Source: Chrysemys picta bellii (lineage: Eukaryota). Taken from it: a DNA stretch of 64,000 nucleotides. Position 1 is the stretch's first letter. Each line of letters begins with the position of its first letter. The notes beneath the pieces were generated by a model. The model was not told the origin of the DNA, made no database searches, and saw nothing but the letters and a program-made list of their open reading frames with translations. This document shows, one piece after another, positions 1-30,304 of this stretch. The stretch lies in assembly GCF_011386835.1 (NCBI RefSeq), contig NC_088795.1, forward strand, positions 54,064,001-54,128,000, in the 5' to 3' direction. The translations under genes were made by a program, and so were the position numbers.

Positions 1-532
1 ATGAAGATGGAGAGAGATTTCTGGCTTCTCTCCAGGATGCAGGTACCCAAAGCGTAATCCAACAGATCAAATGTAGTCCATGGTCCTTCTTTTTCTGCAG
101 AGATCAAATATGAATGTTTATTATTGCTGGTAAACTCAGACAGCAAGCAATTTCTAGTTTTCAGTCAAGGATGATACAAGCAAATATATTACAATTATGT
201 TTATATTGTTATGGGCTGGGTGAAATCTTATTAGGGGTTGAGTTAAAATCCCATTAAGAATGATAGGTGTGAACTCACCTTTCGATTAACATAACTGTAA
301 GCATAAGCCCCCACTTAAGAAAAGGAATATATGAACCCACCCAGGAGCTTTTGCTCAGAGGAGTCCTTGTGGCACCTTAGAGACTGAATGAAACCTGATT
401 ATCACCAGTTTCTCCTCCTAACTGGAACAACCTATTAGATCCCAATTTTTTGGCTAACCACTTGGGCCAAAAGGGGCAAGAACATGCCAACTGTCTTAGC
501 TTAAGAGGGTCAGTCGTCATTTGGTGACCACA
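1..532 (-). mobile_element. Probable LTR (ERV/Gypsy-type), running off the window start
   Basis: The minus strand begins TGTGGTCACC at 532 and has an AATAAA further along. There is no coding potential, and a Penelope-terminus fragment is embedded at ~357-385. Family not identified. Confidence 0.35.
357..385 (-). mobile_element. Penelope-like element terminal fragment
   Basis: AGGAGTCCTTGTGGCACCTTAGAGACT matches the terminus seen at 5614, 38126, 44000 and 63735. Confidence 0.6.
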
Positions 533-764
533 CATTTTCTATTGTGTTCTTCCAATCCCTGTCCAATGTATTTCAATGGAATTTAAAAGCGGTGCTCCTA
601 CACTGCATCCTGGAAATTCCCACACCAGCTATATATTTAACATTTGCTAGTATGTGTCATCAAAAAATCCACTTTGACTGTTGTTTTGATCTATGCTTTC
701 AGAGCCTTTCCATTTCTGCTTGCATCTCTTTTTCTCCCCACCTTGACTCCTTCAGTCTACCCCA

Positions 765-786
765 CCACACACACACACACACACAC
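765..786. repeat. (CA)n microsatellite
   Basis: Direct reading of the sequence. Confidence 0.95.
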
Positions 787-1289
787 CAAAAATGATAGAA
801 CTAAAAATAAAATGTACATCAGAATGTTCTGATGAATCACATTACATCACATCTCTCATGATTTATTTGTACCTACTCTGGTTAGATTGTACACTCTTTC
901 CAGTAGAGATCTTACCTATCTTTAAATTGCCAAAGAGGTGCACGCTCTCTCTCTATAATAATATATATATTAAATCAAGTTCTTACTTCTGATTTTAACA
1001 TGCACATATGCACAACAGGAGCCCAAACAGCTACTGGCTTTGCTCATTTAAAGCTTATCCCATCACTAAAAAGCAAACATTACACAAACCCTGCAATCTA
1101 GTTTTATTTCCCGAGGCAATGCTGACCAGAGACGATTGCTCAGATGCGGTTATTGGGCTCACAATGTGTCTATCTACATGCATTATTTTTGTATCTTATA
1201 CATGATTTATTATTTATCCAGGACTTCGCAGACATACAGGAAACAGAGTCTCGGCTTAGGAGTTGGGCAAGATCAAGGATCACGGTGGC

Positions 1290-2110
1290 CGTCAGCACCG
1301 GCCAAGTTTGAGCACGCCTGGCTTTGTGCTGCCCCGCACGAGAAGGGGCATTTTTAGACAGCGCTTTGCCCCCGGCCGCGTGTCCGCTCAAAGTTCAGCT
1401 TCCAAGGTACCCGTACGCCCTGCAGATCGATACTGCTCTCGGGCAGCCACACTAGTCCTGGAGACCCTGGCACCGGGGAAAGGATCCGGGATCCAGCCGC
1501 CGCCGCCCGGAACCTCCTAGGCTGCACAGCGAGCGGCTGTGTGTGAAGCCGAGAGCGGCTAAGGAGGGACCGGTTCCGGCTTCCGCACACTCACTCACCG
1601 CAGAGGAGAAGCCGGGCGGCTGCCGGAGGAGCGGGCCAGGTAAGAGGCAGCGCGATGCTGGGGGCGGAAGGAGGTTTGTAGGCACCGGTTGCCAGCTGTG
1701 CCTGGTTCTGGATCAGCAGGGGTGGAAAGAATAGTGGGCTCTTCAGCGTTCTATTTCTGTCCCAACGTTCGGTGGCGGGGGGGAGAGACCCTCAGGCTGC
1801 TCCTCCCGTAGACGGTGGGAGAGACCCTCGAGCTCCACGGTAGGCGGTGGCAACCCCTCGGGAGCGAGCCCCTGGTGTAGTGTCGGGGTTTATCAGCAGC
1901 CACCTCCATTCTCATTGGTTTGTCCAGTGCTCAGGTTGACTATGTCTGGGACATTGTGCGCCTCTGGCCCCGCGGGGGGAGATGAAGCTAGAGGCGGACG
2001 ATGTTCTGTAATATTTGCTTTTAGTACTTTAAACCACGGCCCGACTCCAAGAGATCGTCACTGTTTGAGGACTTTGCTTTTGGGAATGCCTCGCAGGCTG
2101 GATCCAAGAA
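1290..2110 (+). promoter_or_regulatory. CpG-island, TATA-less promoter of ZNF330
   Basis: GC- and CpG-dense island in AT-rich DNA. ETS/GABP-type CCGGAA/CGGAAG motifs occur at ~1507, in tandem at 1574-1585 (TTCCGGCTTCCG) and at ~1665, with a GC box GGGGCGG at ~1661. The island spans exon 1. Confidence 0.85.
1560..1639 (+). other. ZNF330: ZNF330 non-coding exon 1 (5' UTR; start approximate)
   Basis: Strong donor CCAG|GTAAGA at 1639/1640 within the CpG island. The next acceptor is at 6281, 10 nt upstream of the ATG. Confidence 0.75.
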
Positions 2111-4682
2111 TCCCGCTGTGATCTGTGTTAGGGCCATTGGCATGAGGTCCTGCTTGATCTCTTCTTCTGGAAACAAGGTTACCTGCAGGGTGATTTAGGC
2201 CCCTCTCTTACTTAGAGTCCATTAAAACATAAAATCTGCCCTGGTTCTGTTATTTCCAAAACCATTAAAAGTTATAGCACCTGCAATGTATGCTGGACAT
2301 TAAACAACATACCCAGGTTTACAGTTTAAAGACTTAAAATACTAGATATTTTGTATGAGTGGTGAAAGGTTTCCAGTACTTCTAGAAAACATGGCTATTT
2401 CTAAATCATGCTAGTAGCAGCTACAGCTTTAGGAACTCTGTTGAAGTTTAACTAGCAAGAGTTTCCAGGATGATTGACGGCAGCTTTCAAAGATGTCGCT
2501 AATATTCTGGCATAGATGAAATGTCAAGCCTAAAATAATCAGGAACAAAAATATGCTGCATTTTTGTTAGATGGAATATTAGTAACATAAATCAAGCCAT
2601 AAAACTACTTGAATGTATGCCTCAAATAGTTACCTGCTATTTTGATTAAATAACAATACAGAAAAGGTGGGAGCGGTAGAGAATTTTCTTTATTGATAAT
2701 TAATTGCTGTGTACTGTGGTGAAATTGGCAGCCAGTGCCAGTACAAGAGGTGTGCCATACATTTTAAAGGGGAGGCAGCATGTAATTTGGCTGGTGTTTA
2801 CAGGGCTCTTGGGAGTCTTGCCTGAGTAAAACTTAAAGGATTCGGCCTATAAAGAGCAAGACATTCAAGAAATAAAATTGGTAGGACATTACATGTTTTG
2901 TGACTAGAGAGTATAGCTAGTGTGGTAGTTAAATAATAAATGCACAGTCATTGTATTGAATAATATAAATACCAAATGATGTTAATACAGTGGAAACATT
3001 TAAAATAAAAATGTCATATCGAGTCTGTTCAAAGTGATTAATAGACACCTTGATCAAATACTCCTTATAATAAAGGTTCTGGTGTGCTTTTCAGTTGCCT
3101 TCTCTGTATGGGGCATCCTACTGATGTGCATGTATAAATTGTCATGCATATGAATCTGGGTAATAAAGACAGCCTACTCCAAATGTTAACATTTGAACTC
3201 ATTAACTATGAAAACATTGATTTCTCTTGTGGGGGAAGCACGCTTTTATCTCTCAGTAACTCAGATGTGCAATTTGTTACAGCTACCCATTATAGCCATA
3301 ACAATATCATGGGTTAACATTACTGTAAAGTCACTCAGGCCAATATGGAATTAACAGTGAGGGGAAATAGCGATTAGAGAATGGCACCAGGAGCTAGGTT
3401 TCCTGCATTCTGCTTCCAGATGTTACATATTTCCTGTATATTTTTGGCAATACATTTAACCTTGCTGAGTCTCATCTTATCCTTCTGTAAAATGAGGGTA
3501 ATACCTACCTCATAGGAATGTTGAGGATTAATTAATGGTTGTAAAGTATTTTGAGATCCTCATTTGAAAAGAACGATGTGTGTGCAGTGTTATTATTTAT
3601 TGCATAGTGTTTGAATGGGTTGTTTGATATGGGATCTTTATTAAAAGAAATTTTAATTTTTTATTTTTAGTGCAGCTTTCTTTAAATTCACATCTTAAGC
3701 ATTTGTCACCATCTGTGCAGTTGTTTTTGAAATGTGAAGTTTTTCATTAAAATTGCCATTTCAGTGCCTCAGAATGTGAAATCAACAATGACAAGGTTAT
3801 GTATAAATAGTAAACATTAAAGTTCTTATTGTTAAATCAGTATTAAAGTAGCATGTAAATTAGTTTACAATCTGATATTGCGCTCTGAGCATCATAAATG
3901 TAACACTCCAGAATAATGACAGTTGCCAGCAGGAAGCTCAGCAATGCAATTTTGAATACAAAATATGACACTCTAATACAATTTAAACCTCGTGTGAAAT
4001 GCTAAGAGGTGAACAAACTGACTTATGTGGGTTATCAAAAAGCAAATTGTAATATCTGGACTAGACAATATATTGCTTTCTCTATTAGAGGGGAAGATAG
4101 GTATTTTTTCCCCCTTAGGAAACAACATTTTTCTTTAGAAGTTACTAAATTCTTTAGCCCTCTACACAGAAATTTGTGGTAACAAACTCCTAGAGCCCTT
4201 TCTTCAACAGAATAACTGTTTTGTCAAATAAGCTTTTTTGGTTTGTTTTTTCCTTTTTTTGAGTGAAATTTGAGATACAGATTTACACCTTGAGATATCA
4301 GAAGCCATTGGTGATGGGTTTATTTCTGTTTCAGGGCTGTGATCCTGCAGTTCATAGTACACAGGTGTAGCAGTGTAGCCACGCTAAACCGTAATGATAG
4401 AAGTAGAGAAAGGGAACAGGAAAGTATATTTAGGGGTTCACATAACACAAGAATTAGGGGTCATCCTATGAAGTTAATAGGCAGCAGGTTTAAAACAAAA
4501 GGAAGTACTTCTTCACTCAATGCACAGTCAACCTGTGGAACTCATTGCCAGGGGATGTTGTGAAGACCAAAAGTATAACTGGGTTCAGAAAAGAATAACA
4601 TAATTTCACAGAGAATAAGTCCACCAATGGCTATTAGCCAAGATGGTCAGGGATGCAACTCTATGCTCTGGATGTCCCCAGT

Positions 4683-5205
4683 GCCTGGTCTGCACTAGAA
4701 AATTAGGTCAGTTTAACTATGTCAGTTGGGTCTGAAAATCCACACCCTGAGTGGCATTCTTAAACTGACCTAAGTTTGTGTGTAGACAGCGCTAGGTTGA
4801 TGGAAGACTTCTTCTGTCAACCTAGCTACTACCCCTGAGGGAGACGGATTACCTACGCCCATGGGAGAACCCTTTCTGTCCGTGTAGAAGATAGTATCTA
4901 CGCTGAAGCGCAGCAGCGACACAGCTTCACTGGTGTATTTTAAGATTAGGCTATGTCTATGGTACCAGTTTCTGCGCTAAAACTTTTGTCGTTCGGGGTG
5001 TGTGGAAAAACACCCCCCTGAGCGACGAAAGTTTTAGCGCTGAAAAGCGGCAGTATAGGCAGTATGGCTCCTGGCGATATAGCTACTACCGCTTGTTCGG
5101 GATGTTTTTTGTTTTTTTTAATCGCCGGGAGAGCTCTCCCATGTCACAGCGCTGACGTGGCCGCAGTGTAACGTGGGCAGTGTCGACATACCCTTAAACA
5201 AGCTC
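4683..5205. mobile_element. Nested PIF/Harbinger-type MITEs (inner element 4949-5193)
   Basis: Inner TIRs GGCTATGTCTA / TCGACATACCC flanked by a TTA TSD (4946-4948, 5194-5196). The outer element has GTCTGCACTAG...GTGTAGAC motifs. Confidence 0.7.
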
Positions 5206-5292
5206 TTGACCCTGCCAGAAGCTGAGACTGGATGACAGAATGGATCACTCAATAATTGCCTGTTCTGTTCATTCACTCTGAAGCATCTAGCA

Positions 5293-5511
5293 CAGTGGTT
5301 CTCAAACTTTTGTACTGGTGACCCCTTTCACATAGCAAGCCTCTGAGTGCGACCCCCTTTGTAAATTAAAAACACGTTTAAATATATTTAATACCATTAT
5401 CAATGCTGGAGGCAAAGCGGGGTTTGGGGTGGAGGCTGATAGCTCATGACCCCCCCATTTAATAACCTCAGCACCCCAGGAGGGTTCCTGACCCCCAGTT
5501 TGAGAACCCCG
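5293..5511. mobile_element. hAT (Charlie-type) MITE
   Basis: TIR CAGTGGTTCTCAAAC / GTTTGAGAACCCCG with a perfect 8-bp TSD ATCTAGCA (5285-5292, 5512-5519). Confidence 0.92.
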
Positions 5512-5613
5512 ATCTAGCACCAGCCTCTGTTGGAAGACAGGATACTGGGCTAGATGGAACATAGGTCTGACTCAGCATGGTCATTATTATAATCAAGTCA
5601 CATCTCTCTAATT

Positions 5614-5660
5614 AAAAGAACAAGGAGTATTTGTGGCACCTTAGAGACTAACAAATTTAA
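5614..5660 (-). mobile_element. Penelope micro-insertion (47 bp)
   Basis: AAAAGAACAAGGAGTATTTGTGGCACCTTAGAGACTAACAAATTTAA flanked by the direct repeat ATCTCTCTAATT (5602-5613, 5661-5672). Confidence 0.85.
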
Positions 5661-5818
5661 ATCTCTCTAATTGTTTGGTAAGTGTTAAGTTTAGATTGCT
5701 GCAATACTCTGACTTTTGCCGTTGAAGAACAGTGCTCTTTGACTTAATTAACCAGATTGTGTCTAGATTTGAGGGAAGAGAGAGAGGTGAAAGAAAGAAA
5801 ATAAACTTCATATGTGAT

Positions 5819-5942
5819 TAGAGTGACCAGATGTCCCGATTTTATAGGGACAGTCCCGATCTTTGGGTCTTTTTCTTATATAGGCTCCTATTACCCACCA
5901 TCCCCTGTCCCAATTTTTCACACTTGCTGTCTGGTCACCCTA
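5819..5942. mobile_element. hAT-Blackjack-type MITE
   Basis: TIR TAGAGTGACCAGA / TCTGGTCACCCTA with TSD TATGTGAT / TGTGTGAT (7/8). Confidence 0.88.
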
Positions 5943-6288
5943 TGTGTGATCCATTAGTAAGACATGTGGGGAAATTAAAGCAACAACAAAAAACATCACC
6001 ACTACCTTACAGATGGATTATATTGCCAAGCACAGAGTTCAGTACAGAGTAACTCCATTCAAGTCATTGGTACTACAGCTAATTCATGTTTTTGGGATTG
6101 GGCCCTTAATTTACATTCAAAGATGAAGGGGTTGAGCTTTCAGAGAAAGGAATGAGTGGAAGTAGATGATGCTAATATAATAGTACTGGCCTTTACAGGT
6201 CATGAACACAAAGGACTAATTAATGCTTCCATACATGTGAAACATTTGTGTGTCTGTATTGTTTTTTGTTGTTTCTGACAGAAAGTGA

Positions 6289-25001
<18,713 letters not shown>

Positions 25002-25740
25002 GATTACATAGTGGGGAGCTCTATAGCATTTGGAAAGAATAAGTATAGGAGTGCTTTATGCGTGCCACTAGAATAGCTCTGCCAGGCACTTAAGCTTCAA
25101 AGTGTATTAGGGAAAAAGGGCATGGAACTTCTGTAGAAACTCAAGTGTATGTGTGTGGAGGAAAACAGATAAATGTTCATATTCATGCAAGTAACCAAAG
25201 TGGTTTTGATCTCATGATTACTGAGTGTAATAGCTTAATGTCTTCTCCCCCCACCAAGTTGGGAGTGTAGGAGGGTAAAGGGATTTGTTTCCATCTGTTC
25301 ATCAGAAATTAAGTTATTTTTCTTGAGTAATTTTGACTGTAATTCTGTAATCTGATTTCATAAATTATATGTAGTGGTGTAAGTGGGTGGCTGTATTCAT
25401 TTTTGGCTTACAAAATAAAGGTCAGCAGCATTCTGTAGTGAGTTTTCATAAATATTGATCTGGACTGAGTACTAGGAAAGCACTTACTGCAGGCCTATCA
25501 TGAGCCAAATATAAACTGAAATTAAAATAACTACCATTTCATGTAGGCGAGGCAGATCAATACATTTCCTCATAACATAATCATTCCATGCCTTTTGAAC
25601 ATTATACATTAATCATAGACATTATGTACAGTCACCTACGGTGTCACCTACATACATAAGATCAGAAGGTTTATTTATCACAATAAAAATGTTAATGTAT
25701 CCTTCCTACCCAATAAAAGCATCATTTTCTTTTAGTATAG
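25002..25740 (+). terminator. ZNF330 3' UTR with candidate poly(A) signals
   Basis: AATAAA at 25414, 25682 and 25712. The true cleavage site cannot be determined from sequence alone. Confidence 0.6.
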
Positions 25741-26409
25741 TATCATTGTTTGCAAAGAGGGGTCAAAAGGGTGGTAACTAGTCTATTCTACCCCTTCACC
25801 TGCATTGCAGCAGGAAGAAATCAAAGATTCAATAAGAATCAAACCTAGGATTTTTGTTAAAATAAGATAGGATGTTTGTGTTCTGTTGGAATAGCACCCT
25901 GTTCCTTGTTAGGTACAAGACTGTCACAACCACAGAAGAAGTGATGCATGCTTTGGAGTGTCTTGCTGACACTAATGACTTTATAATCAAAATATTAGGA
26001 ATTATTTGCTGCTTTTTATGAAAGTCATGTGATTCTTCCAAGAAACAGTTCCAATTTAAATTGTTTAAAGTAAAAAATTGGAACTGGAACTTAGTGTAAC
26101 TACAGCTAAATCTTTTTTCCTTCCACTTTCTTCCACTAATACTTCCCATACAGCAGCAACATGTGTGTGCGCACACAGACACATACTTTCTGCTTTGCAT
26201 GCTATGTGCATCTTCCCCAGCTTTTAATAAATTGCCTTCTTCCTCTCATCACTATTCAGGTTGACCATATTGTGCCACCTTGCAGCAGAGCCAGGTGCTT
26301 TGATGTATTCAGTTGAAGTGTCATGACACTTCAAATGGAGCTAATGTATTAAAAAGAGAAGCACTGGAGATTTTCTGTGTGATGCATTTGCAATTCAGCT
26401 GAATAATTC

Positions 26410-26630
26410 CTGCTTGAAAGACCAGAGAAACTGGAGGTGGGAATGTGGCCCTATGCAAGTCACTTAGTTTCTCTGGCAGTGCCTAAATACCTTTGAAGAT
26501 CTAGGGCTCAGTTCCCCCAATCTGTACAAAGGGGTAATAGTGCTTCCTCATCTCCAAAAGTGTGGTGTAAGGATAAGTGTGAGACATTCACATTCTACTG
26601 TGATGGTGGTCCATATAAATGGATGAACAG
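26410..26630 (+). mobile_element. MIR/CORE-SINE relic
   Basis: GCAAGTCACTTAG...CTCAGTTCCCCCAATCTGTACAAAGGGGTAATAG core motifs. Confidence 0.55.
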
Positions 26631-28129
26631 ACCTTTGATATTGTTCCTATTACTAATTATTAAATTGTGAAATTAGCAATAGCAGTGTAGACTCCAGTTC
26701 AGCCCTTGCTTAACTGTTAGGCCCAGCTATTTCCACTGGTGAATCGGTCTTCCCTTGGTGATTCTACGGACAAACGCTGACTAGTTGCAGATCTTGACTG
26801 ATACCTCATATGTAAAATAATTAAGTGCTAGGACAAAGTCTTGGGAGTGCTGAAAGGATGTGTGATTTCTTTCAGTTCTGTTTAATACTGCAATTATGTG
26901 TGTCATCTGCAAATGTTACTTTTTTATTATTATTTACTGGAATTAAATTCTGTTAATGTGCTTGGCTCCGGGAGCCATATTTTCCTGTTGTGAAATCTGT
27001 TGCTGTCAATGGCTATGCCAGGGCTGCTGACGTCAAAGCATTAATCATCATCACCAAAGTAAAGAATTATTCATGTTCTCATTGAAATGTCCTTGCAATG
27101 GTAATCTCTTTGCAAGATAAATCCTTCTCAGCTAATTCATGTTCCTGTCTATGCCATCACACTCTATAGTAAGATAATGCCACAACATCGGGATGTACTG
27201 CACACAGCAGCTATTAAGGACACCAAAACAAATTTACCAAGGCTCCTGATAAAGGGGTGTAGCAGAGCACGTGCACTCATGGTTCTATCACTGACTTCTG
27301 GTATGTCCGGGGGGAGGTTACTGTCTGCCTCTATGGCTTGGTTTCCACAAATATAAAACAGAGACACTACTTACCTACCTACCTCCAAAAGATGTTGTGA
27401 GGTTAAGAGGCTAGACAGTTCAAAGTGCTGCTATTTGGAGTGGCTCAACCTAATCAGTTTCTAGTCAGAGAGCAGGGGACACGTCATTTCTCTCCTTAAT
27501 GCCAAGTGACAATGTAATGGGTCGAGAAGTGCCTCTGGGATAATGAGTGAAGCCTGTAAGTTTTGGAAAGAGTAACAGTTAGAAAACAGATGGATTCTCT
27601 TTATAAATGCTTCAGTGTGCGCTGCTGTTTGTTCATTTTAAAAATCCCTGCCCTTGATCAAGGACAATGCCAGGCTCAAGCGAAACCAGGATAATTTCTG
27701 ATGTGAAATTGGGGACCCTTGACAGTTATGAGTAACACTTCATAAACTTAGAACACTTTATGCTTTAACTGCTTTCATTCATGACCATTTAGTGAAAGGT
27801 CGATGTGGGGTTTGAAACAATTGCAGTAAAGATACTTGAGTTTTCAGGTCCTCAAATTACACCTTTGTGGTAATAGCACCTACTTGTGATGAGTTCATTC
27901 AGTGCTCCTGTGGACATAATACACTGGAATACAAATGAAAGTGGAATTTAGCACCAGGGACAAAATCATTTGATCAATCCCAGGGCAGAGCTGTTGTTTT
28001 TACTTCAGGCAAATTAATGTGAAGATCATTCTAATGTACTAACCAGTTTCAATTGTCCATTGATTGACAATAACATTAGTGTCAGAGAGAGAGAGAGAGC
28101 ACAAGCTCAGCCCACCTTCCCCCCCCTGG

Positions 28130-28735
28130 AATCCACTTTATGATAAAGATTGCAGAGGCCTCCACCCAAAGCTGAAGCTAGGGGGCAGGATTTCCTAGAA
28201 GATGAGTTTTCATTGATCACAGACAAATGGGTCAGGAAAATAGTGAGCCACAGATACTCCCTGGAGCTGAGGGCTCTACCCCGTCCATTTTTTAATCCAG
28301 TCGCCCTGTCCAACAACCCAGTAAAACAATCTGATCCAGAACGAAATATCCTCTGAATACAAGAATGATAGAGAGCTTTTCCTCAGAAGAAAGGTTCTCT
28401 GGGTTCTACTCTTTCTTCCATCATTTACTAAGTGCACCAGGCAGTATTCAAGCCATTCTCGACGTCACAAGGCTTAACAAGTGGATGAAGAAAACAAAGT
28501 TTTGGATGGAGACCCTGGCCTCTAACGTGTCATCCCTGTCTTGGGGGAGACTTCTTGACTTCATTAGATGTAGTAGATGCATTTCTCCATATTCCCACTG
28601 CAGACATCAGTATTGATGTTTCCTCCCATAGGTGAACCTCAGAACACTCCTGTTCAGCCTGTCCTCGACCCCCAGGGTTTTTATAAAGATGGTGGTGGTG
28701 ATGGTAATTGCCAGACTCAAGTCACAGGACTCTCA
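28130..28735 (+). mobile_element. DIRS (tyrosine-recombinase retrotransposon) reverse-transcriptase relic
   Basis: Frameshifted peptides ITDKWVRKIVSHRYSLEL, SGFYS..., QAILDVTRLNKWMKKTKFWMETL and LFSLSSTPRVFIKM resemble the DIRS1 RT motifs (WV..I..GY.LEF; GFYS; RPILDL..LN; FRMETL; LPFGLSSAPRVFTK). Confidence 0.75.
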
Positions 28736-28769
28736 CCACAAGGAGAAGTTAGAGAGACAGGATGAGATT

Positions 28770-30190
28770 TTCATTTAGACAGAAGATGACAGGTCAGGAC
28801 TGGTGGAGAGGTAAATTTGTGATTTCTCAGAGTCCTAGAGGATTCCCACAGAAAGTGTGGATGGGGAAGGGGAAGAAGAGGATTTTCTGAATAGCATGTT
28901 GAAGGAATGATTAGAGAGGAAAGAAGAGAGTGGTCATGAAAGTTGAGGAAGAAGAATTTCAGTAGAAGAGCAGGGTAGACAGCAGTGATAGCAGCTAACA
29001 GGTTAAGGAGAATAACGATGGAAAAACAGTTCTGAGCTTTGGTCAGGAAGAGATGATTAGAGACTTCGATGAGAACCATTTCTTTGAAATGCAAGCAGTA
29101 AATGCTGGATTGGAGAGTGTCGTGTATGGAACTGGAGGAGAGGAACTGCAGAAAGTGATTGCAAATAGCACATTCAATGAACTTAGAGATGAAGTGGGGA
29201 AGGAAGATGGCACAAAAGGTGTGTGTGTTTTTTTTTTTTTTAAAAAAGATGGGACAGACTAAATTATGTTTGTGTTATGAGGGGAAGGAGCCTGAAGAGA
29301 GAGATGGGGCAAAGGGAGATCAGGAGAGAAATGGGAAAGGGTCATGGGAGCATGTGGAGTTGTTGGAGGAAGGCAGAAGAGAAACTTCTGCATCAGTGAT
29401 GGAAGAGTAGAAGAGAGTGAACGGAAGGTGGGGTGGGGGAGGTCATGCTGGACCTTGTCAATATTTTCTTTGAAAAATGTCAGTAAGATCCTGCTAGAGA
29501 AGGCAGTGGAGTCGGGGGGAGGGCTTGAGGAGGGAATCAAAGGTGGCCAATAGGCATGTGATGGCAGGCATGACAGTCAATCAAGATGAAGAAGTAAAAC
29601 TGTTTAGCTCAGAAAATGGCAGAGTTCAAGCAGGAGAGAACAAATTTGTAGTGGATGAAATCAGCCAGGTTGCAGATCATCAGCTGGGCTTGCTCCATGG
29701 CAGAGAAGAGGATACTGGGGCTGAGTTACAGTTGGGGGCTAGCAGGGTAGATCTTGTGAAGGGAGAGAAGGACAAAAGTCAAAGTGGAGAAGAATATAGA
29801 ATGGAGAGAATCAACAACTAATAAATGGAAGAGAGGAGAGGTTGAGAGCAAAAGAGACGTTATCAACATTGATGGACTGCAAGTTATAGAAAGGCCAGAT
29901 GGCAGGTCAAGAGGGTGGGGCAGACGATGTTCAGGGAGTGGGAACTCAGCGGGGGCAAGATCAAAGGGAGAAAGTGGTACTCAGTCAAGACCAAGGGTGC
30001 AAATCAAAGGAGGACATGAAGGCAAGGAGCAGGACAGCTAAAAATCTCCAAAGCTGCTCAACACAGAGAATGCTAAGGTACAGCAGGTCAATGGGTGTTG
30101 CTGAGAAAGAAGTTGGTTGCTTAACATGACTATACAACTCAATATTAAAGATATAATTGAATAAGGGTCTGAATGAGTTCTCTCCTGCCA
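28770..30190 (-). mobile_element. L2-clade LINE ORF2 relic (endonuclease to RT)
   Basis: The peptide EVSNHLFLTKAQNCFSIVILLNLLAAITAVYPALLL resembles L2 KVSNDLFLAKAQNxYSILILLDLSAAFDTVDH. Also FFKENIDKVQHDL. Confidence 0.85.
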
Positions 30191-30304
30191 TCTATTGTTG
30201 AACGGGGAAAGACCTCAGGAGCAGACTGCTTGCATAGACACATCTACTTTGCCAAAGTGATCAATGCTGGCTGTTTTGGGTTTAAAATTCACTTTAGTCT
30301 TGGA

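Larger units (their letters stand above)
4420..5590 (+). mobile_element. CR1 LINE 3' fragment split into three pieces (~4420-4680, ~5206-5292, 5520-5590) by MITE insertions
   Basis: RT C-terminal peptide RIRGHPMKLIGSRFKTK and 3' UTR ...GGATACTGGGCTAGATGG...GGTCTGACTCAGCATGG. Confidence 0.85.
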
